From: Flaccisagitta enflata
Lineage: Eukaryota
Direction of reading: 5' to 3'
DNA: 64,000 nucleotides
NCBI GenBank assembly: GCA_965153355.1
Contig: OZ231126.1
Coordinates: forward strand, 1,426,001 to 1,490,000
In this document: positions 40,176 to 53,992 of the stretch, in pieces
How positions within the stretch are numbered: the stretch's first letter is position 1
Layout: the number at the start of each line of letters is the position of its first letter
The notes under the pieces: generated by a model
What the model was told of the DNA's origin: nothing
Databases searched by the model: none
Seen by the model: only the letters and a program-made list of their open reading frames with translations
Made by a program: the position numbers and the translations under genes

Positions 40176-41445
40176 TTGTTTTTGTTTAGTAGATCAAAAA
40201 CGACAAAAACTTGATGCATTCAAAGTCTTCATTTGGTTATCTCTTTTCAGAAGATTTGCTGTTGTCTAAGAAGTATCCCAAAAGATGAATTACAACTGGA
40301 GTTCTTGAAATTCTTTACATCTGTATTTTAAGAGGCCTAGGAAGATTTACTATTGGGAAAAAAAACTTTAGATTGCTGGTCACTGTCATGCCATGCAGTT
40401 GTCACTTGCGATGGTAGGAAGGTGCCATGAATCCATAGAACTCCTGGTAGCTTGAATCACATTACGTTTTTTATTCTTATAAATTGAGACCGGACTGGAT
40501 AATGGCAAATGAAGGGGATTATCTGGCGTGAGAACTTTTAAAGCCGGGCCAAATGGAATCATCTGCAAATTTTGCACTTTGGTTCAAATTCGACAAAACT
40601 TGAGAAAAGAAGCAATATCTCCGCGATGATTGCACTGTGGTCTCATTGTGACACAATTGGATTAAAAAGATCTGCAATTTTCACAATAGGGAATCTCGAG
40701 CAATGATTCAGAGGGAATTAAGGGCTATGATTCAGTACTGAGGTAGGGGGGTGAATGAGACTAGATCAGTTCTTGTATGGCTGGTCCGCCCGTCTGTCTG
40801 TCCGTTCGTTTTCCGTCCGTCCGTCCGTCCGTCCATCCGTCCGTTCGTCTGTCCATCTGTACGTCAGCTAGTCCTCTCCCCGCTCCATCCTCTGGGCTTC
40901 GTCTTCATCGGGGCCTATTCTGACCCATATTCTGCCAAATAGGCCCAAATCTACAGGACAAATGGCCCAAATTCTAAACAATGCTCAAATTGATAAGAAT
41001 TAATATAACGAAGTTAAAATGATGGATCTCAGGCCACTTGGCTGTTAGATTTAGAGTTTTTGCTTTAATTTGGGCCATTTTGCTTGAATTTATGTTATTT
41101 TGCTCAGATTTGGGCCATTTTGATTAGATTGGCCAATTATTGGATTTGGGTTTTACAGAATTGGGTCAGAATAAATCTCCCTAAAAGAAGACTAAGCTCA
41201 ATGATTGGGGGATGTACAGTACGTACTGATTGACAAATTCCCCCTGCGTTCTACAGGACTTCGTCCCCTTCGGAGCCGCTGCCCAAAAGGCTGATTAGAG
41301 TGATATGATTAATTAAGAATCCCATTTAGTGCATGGGGGAGTTATTAGAATTTAACTACCAATTGTTTGATTGTGATCTTTATCCTCAGAAAGAATCAGG
41401 TCAGAAATGACAACATGACAGAGCTTCAGCAGCCTGGGCAGCAGT

Positions 41446-42223
41446 AAGTGGTCAGTGCACCGTGCCCTGCTTCTGACAGGAAGTGATGAAGGAGTGAGGA
41501 GAAGAAGGGCAGCGGCCCCGAAGGGGACGAGGTCCAGTAGAACACAGGGGGAATCTGTCCGTCCGTCCGTCCATTCGTCGGTCCGTCCGTCCTGTTTGCC
41601 TTCCTTCTGTCCAGGATGCCCTGTTATTCAAATTTTCATTGAATTTCAAGGAGAACTGACAAAAGGCAGAATATGGACAATGAAAATTTGCCATTTTTGT
41701 ATAGTTTGTGTATTGTTGAGGGTAGGAGTATACAGATCTGGGTCTCTAGGCTGAATCTGGGTCCCAGAGACCCTTGGTCTCAGAGGCAAGGATTTCAGTT
41801 TGAGGTCAGGATTTGGCCTTCTGAGGCCAGGATTAGTCTAGCCAGCACTCCAGTCTTGGAGGTCAGGAATTGGGTCCAAAGATCAGGATCTGGGTCTCTA
41901 AGGCTTGGATGTGGGTTTTTGGAGCCAGAATCTAAGTTTAAGGGGCCAAGATGATAGAACTCAGGCCAGAATTCAGGTTTTCTAGCCAGATAAGGCCCAT
42001 TTTACCTGGTCTCAAGCCATTTTGCCTGGATTTGGCCAATTTTGGGCGGATTTGGACCATTTTGAATGATTTAATGGTACAGTTTGGATTTGGTCCAACG
42101 GAGACAAGCTGAGGGTGGGGCTTAGGGGGGATGGACGATGACGTATCGATGGACGCAGATTGACGAACGACAGACTCCCTGTGTTCTACAGGACTTCGTT
42201 CCCTTCGGGGCCGCTGCCCAAAA
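41446..42223 (-). mobile_element. HINE-like family C
   Basis: Long inverted pair GGGCAGCGGCCCCGAAGGGGACGA..GTAGAACACAGGG (41507) / CCCTGTGTTCTACAGGAC..GGGGCCGCTGCCCAAAA (42223); GTCC microsatellite. Confidence 0.72.
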
Positions 42224-42380
42224 GCAATCATGTTTTTTTTTGTTTGCTTCTTAACGACTATCATCAAAATCTCCGTTTATGAGTTTTAAAGTATTGCTAG
42301 ATTAAGCCAGGAAGTCATTTTTTCATAAACGATTACAACCAGATCACTAGGCACAATGAATTACGTCAATGACAATGATC

Positions 42381-43356
42381 TTTTTTTAGTCGCGTGCTAT
42401 GCGACTCTACAACCCGCTATGTCGGTCGGTCGGTTAGTCAGTTTGTCAGTCGGTCGGTTTGTCGGTCGGTCAGTCGGTCGGTTGGTTGGTCAGTCGGTTG
42501 GTCGGTCGGTTGGTTGGTTGGTCGGTCGGTCGGTCAGTCGGTCGGTCGGTTGGTTGGTTGGTTGGTCGGTCGGTTGGTTGGTTGGTCGGCTTATCGACGC
42601 ACAGCTGGCTGTTCTTTTTGGCAGCGGCCCCGAAGAGGCCGATGACTCAATTTCGCGTATTATGGTAAAAATTCTCCTCCTTCTCCTTCTCTTTCTTCTC
42701 CTTCTTCTCTCGTCCACCCTCGACCAGCCTTAAAGCTCCAGTCTAGCCCCTCTAAGGCCCAATTGTCAGGCCCCGGAGGTTCATATTTCAGCTTTCACCT
42801 CAATTCCGCCACAGCTCAAATTCCAGCCTTGAGGCTCAAATTCCAGCCTCAAGGCTCAAAATTGAGCCTTGAAGCCCAGAATCCAGCCTTTCCAGCCTCT
42901 CCATCTTCTTCTTCTCTGTCCATCCCCGTTTAAGCCAAAAATCCAGCCTCGAGGCTCAGAATCGAGCCTTAAACTCAGAATCCAGCCTTGAGGCTTAACA
43001 TCGAGCCACATAGCTCCAATTCCAGCATCCAAGCACAAATTGCAGCCTTTAAGGCCCAGATCTTAACCTCAAGGCCCAAATCGCAGCCTTGAGACCTAAA
43101 TCCTAGCCTTTAAGCTGAAATCCCATATTACAGCCTTAAAGCACAAATCGTGATCCAAGGTTCAAAACAATAAAAACAGCATAGGTCATTGGCCCCTTCG
43201 GGGCCGCTGCCCCTCTCACCATCACACATCCACACACGTACAGGGGCAACAGGTACCGCTGAGCATACGGCTTCTGCCCAAATGCCCTTGTGACCTCCAG
43301 CACTGCTCCTGCCCACCCGCACGCGACTAGGGTAGCCGTTTATCCGGCCATGTTTT
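42381..43356 (+). mobile_element. HINE family A containing a nested family C copy (~42615-43270)
   Basis: TTTTAGTCGCGTGCTATGCGACT, (GTYG)n, ...CACGCGACT AGGGTA GCCGTTTATCCGGC CATGTTTT. Confidence 0.8.
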
Positions 43357-43446
43357 AGTTAAAATTAAATCAGTAGATAATAACGCTTTTTCGACCAATT
43401 ATACAGAAGCAATAAAACCATTGGTTCAATCAAGTTTTAAATGGAA

Positions 43447-43607
43447 TAAGGCCGGATACACGGCAATCCAGTCGCGGACGGTTGGGCAGGAGCAGTAATG
43501 CGAAAACCACTCGGAATTCAAAAATGTGACGGACCGACGGACGGACCGACCGACCTACCGACCGACCGACACGGCAAGGTGTAGAGTCGCGTGTCCGCGA
43601 CTAAAAA
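43447..43607 (-). mobile_element. HINE family A, short complete copy
   Basis: AAGGCCGGATACACGGC..AGTCGCGGAC...AGTCGCGTGTCCGCGACTAAAAA. Confidence 0.82.
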
Positions 43608-44876
43608 CACAAATTGAACACAAGATGACAACGCCAATGGCAATGCTGAGGACAGAGAAGCAAAAAGGAATATAAGTTCATTACCATGTTTATTACTTTT
43701 GCGAGCATGAACAGTAGCATAAACCACTTGGCATTTCCATATGATTGTGGTACCAACACATACTTTACTTTGGGTATGATTTTTTTGGAGGATGAATCCA
43801 TATAAAATGAACTCATATCCATGGGCAAGATAGGAAAGTGTACGACAGATATAAGAATGAGCCCCCATTTAGCGTGAATACGCATTTTTGATGTTGCTTG
43901 ACCCAATCAAATTTTTGTATGCTGCGTCGCAGAAATATTTAGTATCTTATTGGCGTGGACACATTTTTTGAATGTTGTGTGGCGTGACGTAAATGGGCGT
44001 GTGGCGTGAACAAACACACACATTTTGACTGTTGTTTGGCGTAGAACGGCGTGTGGCGTGAACACACATATTTCCACTGTTGTTTCGCGTGAACACACAC
44101 ATTTCGACTTTTGTGTGGCGCGAGTCTGTAATTGAGAGCAAAAGTCGCTTCCATGTTTTTGTTTCCAATGATTTACGACAAAATGAGTCCCAATCAAACT
44201 TTGAAACTCTTCTTAATCGATTTCATATCTTTTCTTTTTAAAATTGAAGTTTAGCCTTCCGTTTTTGTACTCGCATCTTTAACCACAAACCAACTTGAAC
44301 GTAAATTCCAAAATGCTGGTTTTAAATCTTTATTTTCATAAGCTAATTTTCTTCTTTTTTTTCCTAGATTAGAATTTGCTGAATTGGGCAGGCCGACATA
44401 CTCAAACATAAGCCCACTCACACCCCAACTTGTAAGCTGAGTATTTTTGTTTGGTTGAAGAATTATCAAATGATCAGATCTGTTAAAGTAAGCCCAGATA
44501 CTTCTTTGTTCGTTTTTTTTTACTCAGTTTGACAGGTAAACAAGAAAAAGAGCATATTTTGCAAAACCACGGGCGGTCTTGTTCACTTAAAAGCAAAAGA
44601 TGTTATAACTTGATTGATTGACGAAAGAAGTAAAAAAAAACATATAACGGAAAATCGATGACAATGAATTATTTCTTTAGTTTATTGTTTCTAGCAAGCG
44701 TTGTTGAATTCACTCATCAAGTTTGTAAAAATGATTCGAAATCAGCATATCAACTACAATGGTGACGTTTTTTATTTCTTTGTTTCATTTAGAAATAGAT
44801 TTGCACATTTCCCTTACTGCTTCCCAATTTGCAACAATATTGATACCCGCAACATTTGATTGCATAAGCAAAGTAA

Positions 44877-45116
44877 GGGGGCGTTTCTAGTCAAAGACGA
44901 TCGCGTTTGAAAGGTAATTCGTTCGCTCTGTTCGCCTGCACTGTCACTCGCCACTGCGCCCGCAGCGCCCTGCCACACGGCTTCGCTGCCGCTTCGGCCC
45001 GTTCACGGGCTACGCTCACTCACTTCGCACTCCGCGACAACGAAAATTAAACGTCCACGCTGTTATCGCGTTTCACGGGAACAAACGCGTTTTTGGCGCT
45101 CACTAGAAACACGCCC
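44877..45116. mobile_element. PIF/Harbinger (Tourist-like) MITE, TAA TSD
   Basis: TAA-GGGGGCGTTTCTAGT...ACTAGAAACACGCCC-TAA (15-bp TIR, 2 mismatches); related decayed sequence at ~7270-7420 and ~55565-55720. Confidence 0.8.
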
Positions 45117-45630
45117 TAAGAACAGGATTCTCTTTGCCCGCGATTTTTTGAAATATGACTTCACCATTGCTGACTTATTTGTCAGTCGCTGGCTACGCGA
45201 CTCTACACCCCGCTATGTCGGTCGGTCGGTCGGCCGGTGGGTCGGTCTGCCGGTTGGTCTGTTGGTAACATTTTACTTTTTTTGGCGTTTTTTGTGTTCG
45301 CACTCTTGCCCAAATGCTTTTTTCATCACTGCCCCTGCCCCCTGGTAAGCAACCTCGGTAGCCATGTATACGGCCTTGTTTCTGAGTTAGAAGGATCACT
45401 CTGAGAAAAAGGAAGCTCTTAAGAGATAAGCTGGACGCCTTCAAAATCTAAATATTTGAATGATTAATGACTCAATTGTCATAATGAGACATTTTTACAA
45501 AAGTATAAGAAGTTTTTTTTTTTTGTTAGCTTTTAGTACATTTTTCATTTCATTCCTTTTTTGTTATTCAAATAGAATAATTTATTGACCCAATCACTTT
45601 TTCTTGAAAAGATCAAATATTCATTCTTCA

Positions 45631-45744
<114 letters not shown>

Positions 45745-45809
45745 GAGTGTCTGTGTGTTTTGAAAGACGTTGTTTAGGGATTAATTACAAGCGAAAAAGC
45801 CCAGACAGA

Positions 45810-45980
<171 letters not shown>

Positions 45981-46145
45981 AGTACTCGAATTCGAACACG
46001 CATTCAGGTTTGTTCTAACTTTCACTCTTGACTCGTCAGTCTTCATTCCTGATCATGTAAATAATTTTGTATTAAGGAAGTTCCTTCTATTAGTGGGTTA
46101 TTCTAACTGTAGTGGGTTTGACCCGAGAATGTCATCGGGAACTTT

Positions 46146-46832
46146 GGCTTAGGTGTAGGAGACGGCCGGACATATGTAATCACAAATGCATATTTCAGGA
46201 TTTTTTTATGCAACACTGCCCAGACATTAATCTAATACAGCTAACTCTGACCCTACTCTTTAAACTTACCCCACTCCCTACCCCTCCCTTACCCCAACCC
46301 TGCCCTCTGCCTCTAAACTCAGCCCTTTCCCTAAACCCACCCCTACCACTAGGCAAACCCCTAAACCCCACCCTACCCCTAAACCCAACCCTACCCCTAA
46401 ACCCAACCCTACCCATAAACCCAACCCTACCCCTAAACCCAACCCTACCCCTAAACCCAACCCTACCCCTAAACCCAACCCTACCCCTAAACCTAACCCT
46501 ACCCCTAAACCCAACCCAACCCTTCCCCTAAACCCAACCCTACCCCTAAACCCAACCCTACCCCTAAACCCAACCCTACCCCTGAACCCAACCCTACCCC
46601 TAAACCCTACCCTACCCTACCCCTTAACTCAACCCTACCCCTAAACCCTACCCTACCCCTAAACCCTACCCTACCCCTTAACACAACCCTACCCCTAAAC
46701 CCAACCCTACCCCTAAACCCAACCCTACCCCCGCACATGACCCCCTTCAAATGTTCCATCTTATTGAAATCAGTGATAAAAGTAAGGTCGGATAAATGCA
46801 ATTTAAGTCCGGCCGTCTCCTACACGTAGACC
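46146..46832. mobile_element. MITE with GG...CC termini, 8-bp TSD and internal telomere-like 18-bp array
   Basis: TSD GGAACTTT at 46138-46145 and 46833-46840; TIR GGCTTAG-GTGTAGGAGACGGCCGGAC vs GGTCTAC-GTGTAGGAGACGGCCGGAC (19-bp perfect core); ~20 x CCCTACCCCTAAACCCAA at ~46360-46730. Confidence 0.9.
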
Positions 46833-46973
46833 GGAACTTTAATCCAAAAGCCTCATCCTGCCAATGTCCATATCTGATACCAGTAAAGGCGGCTCTCAGC
46901 GACTGGAAAAAAATTATAAAATTGTTTTTGTTTTTTTTTCAGTTCCTCCTCTCTCCTCAGTACATTGACGCGC

Positions 46974-47166
<193 letters not shown>

Positions 47167-47401
47167 TGTTTGTGTGTGTGTGTGTGTGTGTGTCTCTGTT
47201 TTCTTCCTCTCTCTCCTCCCCTCTTCTCTCATCTCTCCCTTTTTCCTCCGTCTCCTTGCTTCCTCCTCTATCTCTCCTCTCCCGCCTTCCCTCCCTCTCT
47301 CTCTTTCCTCCTCTTTTCCCTTTCCTCGCTCACTCTCTCCCTTCTCTCCCTCCTCTTTCTCTCCTTCTCTTCTCTCTCCCTCTCCTCTCTCTCCCTCCCT
47401 C

Positions 47402-47936
47402 TTTTTGGGCAGCGGCCCAAAGGGCGGTCCTGTAGGACACAGGGGTACTTCAAACGCTCCGTCCGTCTGTCTCGTCCGTCCGCTCCTTCCTTCCGTCCTC
47501 TCTATTGGCCATCGAGCCTAAAACTCTAGGCCTGATTAGCCCTGCTTCAAATCAGCCCTCCAGGCCTCAAATCAGCCCTCCAGACCTCAAATCAGCTCTC
47601 CAGGCCTCAAATCAGCTCTCAAATCAGCTCTCCAGCCCTAAAATCATTATTCCAGGCCTCGAATCAGCCCTCCAGGCCTCCAATCTGCCCCTAATGCCTC
47701 AAGCCTACCCCCGAATCTCATATCTAATCTTCAGGCCCATAATCTTCCCCCTAAACCTCAAATCCCTCTTAGGCCTTATATATTCCCCCTCAGGACGTTT
47801 GGAAATTACCCCCTGTGTCCTACAGGACATCGGTCCTTTGGGGCCGCTGCCCTGCTCTCAGTCCAATACTTGACTTGATCACTCCAAGCAGGGCATCGGG
47901 TACCGCTGACCATGTGCGATCCTTGGATGACTAGTT
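47402..47936 (+). mobile_element. HINE-like family C, complete-looking copy
   Basis: TTTTTGGGCAGCGGCCC..GTCCTGTAGGACACAGGGG...CCCCTGTGTCCTACAGGAC..GGGGCCGCTGCCC...GGTACCGCTGACCAT...GACTAGTT. Confidence 0.78.
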
Positions 47937-48654
47937 CCTTCCCTCCTCCCTCCCTCTCCCCTCCCCTTCCCTCTCCTTCTCTCTCCTCCCTCCTCCTCCC
48001 TGCCTCCCTGCCTCCTCTCCCTCCTTCCCTCCCTCCCTATCCCTCCCTCCCTCTCTCCTCCCTCTCCTCCCCCTCTTTCCTCTCCCTCCCTCCCTCCCTT
48101 TCCCTCCCTCTATCTCCTTCTCTTTCCGTCCCTCTTCCTCCCTCCCTCTCATTCCCTCTCCCTCCGTCCCAAACTCATTCTTATAGTTACATAGGAACCA
48201 AAGTTGAGATTGATAAAAAATATTGATCTTAGAGAAAAATGCGGAAAATATAAAAGAATAAAAAATAATAAAAAAGTTCATAGTGCGTAAAGTATTGGTT
48301 CGACAATGTCCTGCTTTTTTCCAGGTGTAAAAAAGTGTCCTCTTTCACCCTGTACCAATTTCAATCCCAGCCCCGGGTGAGCCTAGTTGCTCCTCAACTT
48401 TCTCAAAACGCCTCAAGCCAAAAAAGAAAAGATAAATTCCTAAGCAAAACTAAAAAAATCGAAAAAAACGTTTTTTCAATTTTTTTCCCAACCATTGCCG
48501 AAGCCTGAATGACGGCAGAAAGCCATAAGACTGAAAATGAATGTGACCATACACCTCGTAATCCGTAGTAGAAAAACGTGAGATTAAACCCTGACCCAAC
48601 CCAAAGCCCTCCTCGAGCCAACTCGGGGTTGCTCGAGGTTGACAATATAGATGA

Positions 48655-49276
48655 CAAGGTCGCGTGCGGGTGGGCAGGAGCAGTGCTGGAGAAGGTCACC
48701 GGGTCATCTGGGCAGGAGCCTTGTGCTCAAAAAGCTCAAAAACGCCGAAAAAGTAAATAGTCGCAAAAGCGTTAGATGGTCAGCGGTACCCGTGCCCTGC
48801 CTAAGTAGGTTGTGGTTGAAGTTGAGGGGGGAGCAGGGCAGCGGCCCCGAAGGGGTCGATGACCTATGCTTTCACACATATGGGGGATTTTCTCCTTCTT
48901 CTCCTCCTGAGTTTTGGGCCTCAAGGCCAGGATCTGGGCCTCTTGGCTGAGATTTTGACATTGAGGCTGAGATTTGGGCCTCAAGACTGAAATCTGGCCC
49001 TCCAGGCTAGGATTTAGGCCTTGAGGCTAGGATTTGGGCCTTGAGGCTGGGATGTGGGCCTCAAAACTGGGATTTGAGCCTCGAGACCGGAATTTGGTCC
49101 TCGAGACTGGGATTTGAGGGGGGGGGGACGTAGGAGAAGGAGAAGAAGGAGAAAATCCCCCATATGTGTGAAAGCATAGGTCATCGACCCCTTTGGGGCC
49201 GCTGCCCAAAAGGGGACCAACCGACCGACGGACCGACATAGCTGGGTGTAGAGTCGCGTAGCACGCGACTAAAAAT
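48655..49276 (-). mobile_element. HINE family A with nested family C (~48757-49211), lying between a 15-bp inverted pair
   Basis: Ends AGTCGCGTAGCACGCGACTAAAAA; outer inverted repeat TGAGATTAAACCCTG (48579) / CAGGGTTTAATCTCA (49401). Confidence 0.7.
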
Positions 49277-49564
49277 ATGCGCCTTCGCGTCTTCTTAGGC
49301 AGTTTCAAGCGAAACTTGAGCAAACCCTTGCAAACGCCGAGCAACCTTGAGCTTGGGTTGCTCGGGGTTCAACCGCAAGCAACCCCCAGGGTTTAATCTC
49401 AACCCAGATTGCTCGATACCATACCAATCATAGTGCAATGAATTAGGAGAAAGAAGAAGAGGAGGAAATTCCTTTACTTTACTATGAAAAATGGAGATTT
49501 ACAACTAATTTTGATTAGTTACCCAAAATTGGTTGTCATACATTGTCAGCCATTCAAAAGTGCA

Positions 49565-49701
49565 TTTTTAGGTGCGCCAACGCACCTCTATAAGTGGCTT
49601 TGTCCGTCGGTCTGTCGGTCGGTCTGTCTGTTGGTTGGTCGGTAACGCATTCGTTCAACGATCCACACGGCGCACCTTATTGGCCTACTTGGCCTTGTTT
49701 T
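49565..49701 (+). mobile_element. HINE family B (subTIR AGGTGCGCC)
   Basis: TTTTTAGGTGCGCCAACGCACCT...GGCGCACCT TATT GGCC-TACTT-GGCC TTGTTT; sister copy 50213-50333 has subTIR AGGTGCGAC/GTCGCACCT. Confidence 0.82.
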
Positions 49702-50485
49702 TATTCGCGTGGTACATAAAAACTACCTATTCTTCTTTGTTAAAAAAACTAGAATCATTTACATGTAATCCAACAACTCCTACGCCCAAATTTCTATCAT
49801 TTCTTTGTGGTTCCAATCACGGCATCCTCGCCCCCAAAGTTCAGTAAGAGCCTCCTTGGCTCTTATCCTTGATTTTGCCTCCCCTCCACAAATGCTAGCC
49901 TGAACATTGGCACAGATTGACAGATTATCTGATGTTCCACATGATAACATACCCTTTGCCGCTGCCCATGTTAAACAAACTCATCCTGCCTTCCTTGCTT
50001 TATTTGCATAAACTGCTAAGCCTACAAAACCTTCGCAACCAAGAACAGGGTTTTAGAAAACTCGAATTTCAAGTTAAGGACTCTGATATCACTTGAGGGG
50101 GATTTAATATTTACGATGGCAACATTTTCTAGTACAGTCGAGTCGAATCTAACTGGTGCACACCAACTATTAAGGGTTACCTGCCCTTAACTTAAGGCGT
50201 TTCATCGTAATCTTTTTAGGTGCGACAAAGCATCTCTATTACTGGCTGTGTCCGTCGGTCTGTCTGTTGGTCTGTCGGTAACGCGAATGCGACCGATCCA
50301 CACGTCGCACCTTATTGGCCTACTTGGCCTTGTAATAGTCAATAAGGCAATTTCATTGTGCAGTCGTCTGACATGCGCTCTGGTAAAGCTTCCTTTAGGC
50401 CTTTCCGATTGCCATAATTTAAGAGATAAAACGACATAAAAGCTGAGCCTCTTGTAGCAACTTCTTTCGCGTTTTGATTTACGTA

Positions 50486-50901
50486 CACTCTTTTTATTGA
50501 GTAAGGACAAAGTTTATAAGAACATCGAGGCTGAAATTTTGCCAAAAATTAAGAACTTTTTAAGGACAAAGCCCAGCCTCAGATTTATAAAAAAAAATTT
50601 TTTGATGGACAATTTAGATTGTTTTTATGCAAATGCAAGAGGAAATTATTTTATCTATAGAAAATTGCAACATTTTTTTATCGATAACATATTTTCTTTG
50701 TTTCAAAGTGGTAACTATCATATTTGACTTGTATTTACTCATACTGAACATAAGTTACTTATTAAGTATAATAGAATTATAAGAAAAACATAGAAAAATA
50801 TTAAGGACACGCTAAGAACATTTCAGCCTAAAATTTGCAAAAATTTAAGGACAATCCAGGCTCAGAAAAAATTTACTGGTCCTTAAAAACTGAAAAGAGT
50901 G
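50486..50901. mobile_element. TA-TSD MITE
   Basis: TA-CACTCTTTT..TAAGGAC...GTCCTTA..AAAAGAGTG-TA. Confidence 0.7.
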
Positions 50902-51178
50902 TATCACTATCAGAGCTTTTTTTTTGCCATGTGTTCTTCTGTTTTCGCCTCCTCAATCTCAATAAAATTATGCACCCTAGCCCCGTCTCTATCAGACTCA
51001 ATTTTTAAAAGAGAAAACAAAAGAACAACTCTAGAATGGCTGATGAGTTTTACCAGTAGTGGCGACTATCACCGTGTGGAAAAAACTCATTTATGGTGGC
51101 CGCTCGCCAACAGGCATTTGTTGTCAGTCACCGCAATATTTTTTGTTCATTGTATCTATGTTTCCATTTGATCATCTA

Positions 51179-51514
51179 CCATATTTTTTCTAAAAAGCGC
51201 CCCCCCTTCAAAAAGCGCCCCCCCTCTTTTTTTTTCTTAGTGTTATACTTTTCAGAAGAGATTTAAACAGAAATATTGAGTAAAATGATGATATACAACA
51301 ACACAATGAGCCAGTTTCAAAGACTTTCAAACAGATACATGCAAGCAATATCTCCATTTTGAGTCAAATTTAGCATTTTGGTTGCCTTTCACAAAAAAGA
51401 TAGACTGAATGACATTTCATCTACAATATAAAGGGGGCGCTGATTGGAGGGTTAAAAAGCCAAGTTTTATTTCCATTTCAAAAGCGCCCGGGGCGCTTTC
51501 TAGAAAAAATATGG
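51179..51514. mobile_element. Tc1/mariner (pogo-like) MITE, TA TSD
   Basis: 24-bp TIR CCATATTTTTTCTARAAAGCGCCC with one mismatch; TA flanks. Confidence 0.85.
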
Positions 51515-52320
51515 TATCTGTTTTCTTGTCTCTCTGCCTTCTCTAAAAGCCATTGTCGTCACATGGAAATCTTCATGAGGCCGAATGAGCTACATGAGCA
51601 AAATTAGCTAAATAAGCTCAAATACTCAAAAGCATCCTCACAGATGAGCAACTATGCTCATATACATGCTTTTATTTGCATACTTGGACATACATCAATA
51701 GGTTTTTCAATTGATCACAATTGAAAGAAAAAAGAACTGAATTAAATAAGTTAAATGAGCTAGAATACTCAAAAAAACCTTTACAGATAAGCAGTTAAAC
51801 TCAAACTGATTCTTTTCTATATTTGCATGCTCAGGCAAACATCAACATACTTTTTTATTCCTACTTGAAATTGGAGCAAACAAAAACAAGGCCGGATACA
51901 CGGCTACCCCAGTTGCTTGCGGGTGGGTAGGGACAGTGCTGGAGAAGGTCACTTTAGCATTTTACCTAGAGTAGTAAGCTCAAAAAGCTCAAAAACGCCG
52001 AAAAAATAAAAAGAGGACCAACCAACCAACCAACGGACCGACATAGCGGGGTGTAGAGTCGCGTAGCATGCAACTAAAAAGGCCACATTTGCTCAATCAA
52101 AGCGTCAACTTTCTAATAAGAAGACCATGTTTCTCACAATTACATTAAAAATTCAAAGATTGACTTTGACTTTTTTTCCCCGATAATATGCATGATACAA
52201 GTAAACGAAGGGGTGGACATAAAAAAACTCTGAACTGCTTCATTTCAGCTAAAATCTCTGAGCTGCTTCCTTACACCCACGAGCCACTGGTCTGTTATCA
52301 ACCTATATATTGCTGATTCA

Positions 52321-53041
52321 CAGGCCTTTTTTTAGAGCGTGCCCGGGAGCCCGATGCTCTCTATTTTGCTCCCGGGCACACAAAATTTGCTGGCAGAGAG
52401 CCCGGTTTGCTCGCTCAATTTTTGCTGCATATTTTCTACTTCAGCTCAACTCGTTTAAATAACCTTATATTGGTGTTCAACTTTCCAAAAATTGTGGATT
52501 TAAAAATAGCAGATATTTTTTGTAGTCGTATGCATTTTGCTAGCCCTGAGTAAGTCCATGAAAAATGGATTTGGCATTATATGATTGACGCTAAAAACTA
52601 TATACTATGCTTAAAATCACCCTTTCTTTATGACATTGTTGATACTGAAAGAAACTTTCTTTTATTATGTAGTCGCATTCCTGCTAAAGAGATAAAAAGA
52701 TTATGGTGACCTAAAATTAGGTATACAGGCTCATTTTCAAATCAGCATTTTTAGTCGCGGACACAAGACCCTGCTATGTTGGTCGGTCTGTCTGTCTGTA
52801 AAAGATATTTTGAAATAGTCTTTTTTTTTCGATGTTTTAGGTCATTGTAAGGTATGTAGGTGTAAAACATTATCGTAGTTTAGTTTTTTGCACTGTAGTA
52901 TTGCCCCTGCCCAACCTTCCGCGACTTTTGCCCTGTTTTGGGCTTGTTTTACCGGGCTCTCTGTTTTTCTGCTGGGCTCTCTGAAAATATGAGGAGAGAG
53001 CCCGGAATGCTCTGCCAAAAAATTTACTAAAAAAAGGCCTG
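52321..53041. mobile_element. hAT-type MITE, 15-bp TIR, 8-bp TSD; nested HINE at ~52748-52950
   Basis: CTGATTCA-CAGGCCTTTTTTTAG...CTAAAAAAAGGCCTG-CTGATTCA; single CTGATTCA at 4759-4766 in copy A. Confidence 0.93.
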
Positions 53042-53992
53042 CTGATTCATGAGGATACTATTAGGACGGTTCATGATCTGAGGAGGGTCTTGGGCATACG
53101 GCTTAATAGATGTAATGGTTTACATCATTTCTCATTCACGATATTCATATTTGTCATTCAGTTGTGTCGTATGGAAGAACGGGAAGTGGAGTCTTCTCTA
53201 AGCTCAATGAGGTAAGTCATGGTCATGGCATATCATGCCAAACTATGTCACACCAAACCATGTCATATCATGTCATGTCATGTCACAACATATCATTTCA
53301 TGTGATGTCATATCATATCATGACAACTTTCAATGTTGGTTCTATCTACTTTGCCGCAGAGGAATGAGCTGATGACCAATAGACCAATTGTAGCATCTCT
53401 GATTGACAATCAGCAGCAGCGCGGCGACGGCTGCTCAACAGCTTTTTATGTCTTCATTCTGCACTGTTTGCTTGAGAGTGATTTCGTCATGACAACTGCA
53501 TAGATATTTGTACTTTACAGTTTGCTGCAGATGGATGTCTTCAATGAAGACTCTTCATGACAACTTGTAATACTTTCTTTCCTCGTCAATAGTTCGCCGC
53601 AAAGTGATGTCCTCACAACTTGCAACTATGGCGCGACATTCAACGGCAAACAGTGCTACAGATTCGACTCAAGAGGTATGTTCATTTGTAGCGCTACATT
53701 TAACGCCAAACAGTGCTGCAGATTCGACTCAAGAGGTATGTTCATTCGTAGCGCTACATTTAACGCCAAACAGTGCTACAGATTCAACTCAAGAGGTATG
53801 TTTATTAATAGCGCTACATTTTATGCTAAACTGTGCTACAGATTCAACTAGAAAGGTATGTTAATCAATGCAAGTAATTGCAGGTAGTGCTGTTAGTGTA
53901 AAGTGCAACAAACATCTGCTAAGGATGTAGGTATTTTTAAAATGACATATTTTTTCCATTTTCTTCCTTTTCCTCCTCTATAACCTGCTATG

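Noticed and set aside
46360..46730. True telomere or chromosome-fusion relic
   Set aside because: The array lies inside TIRs with an 8-bp TSD, so it is transposon-internal.
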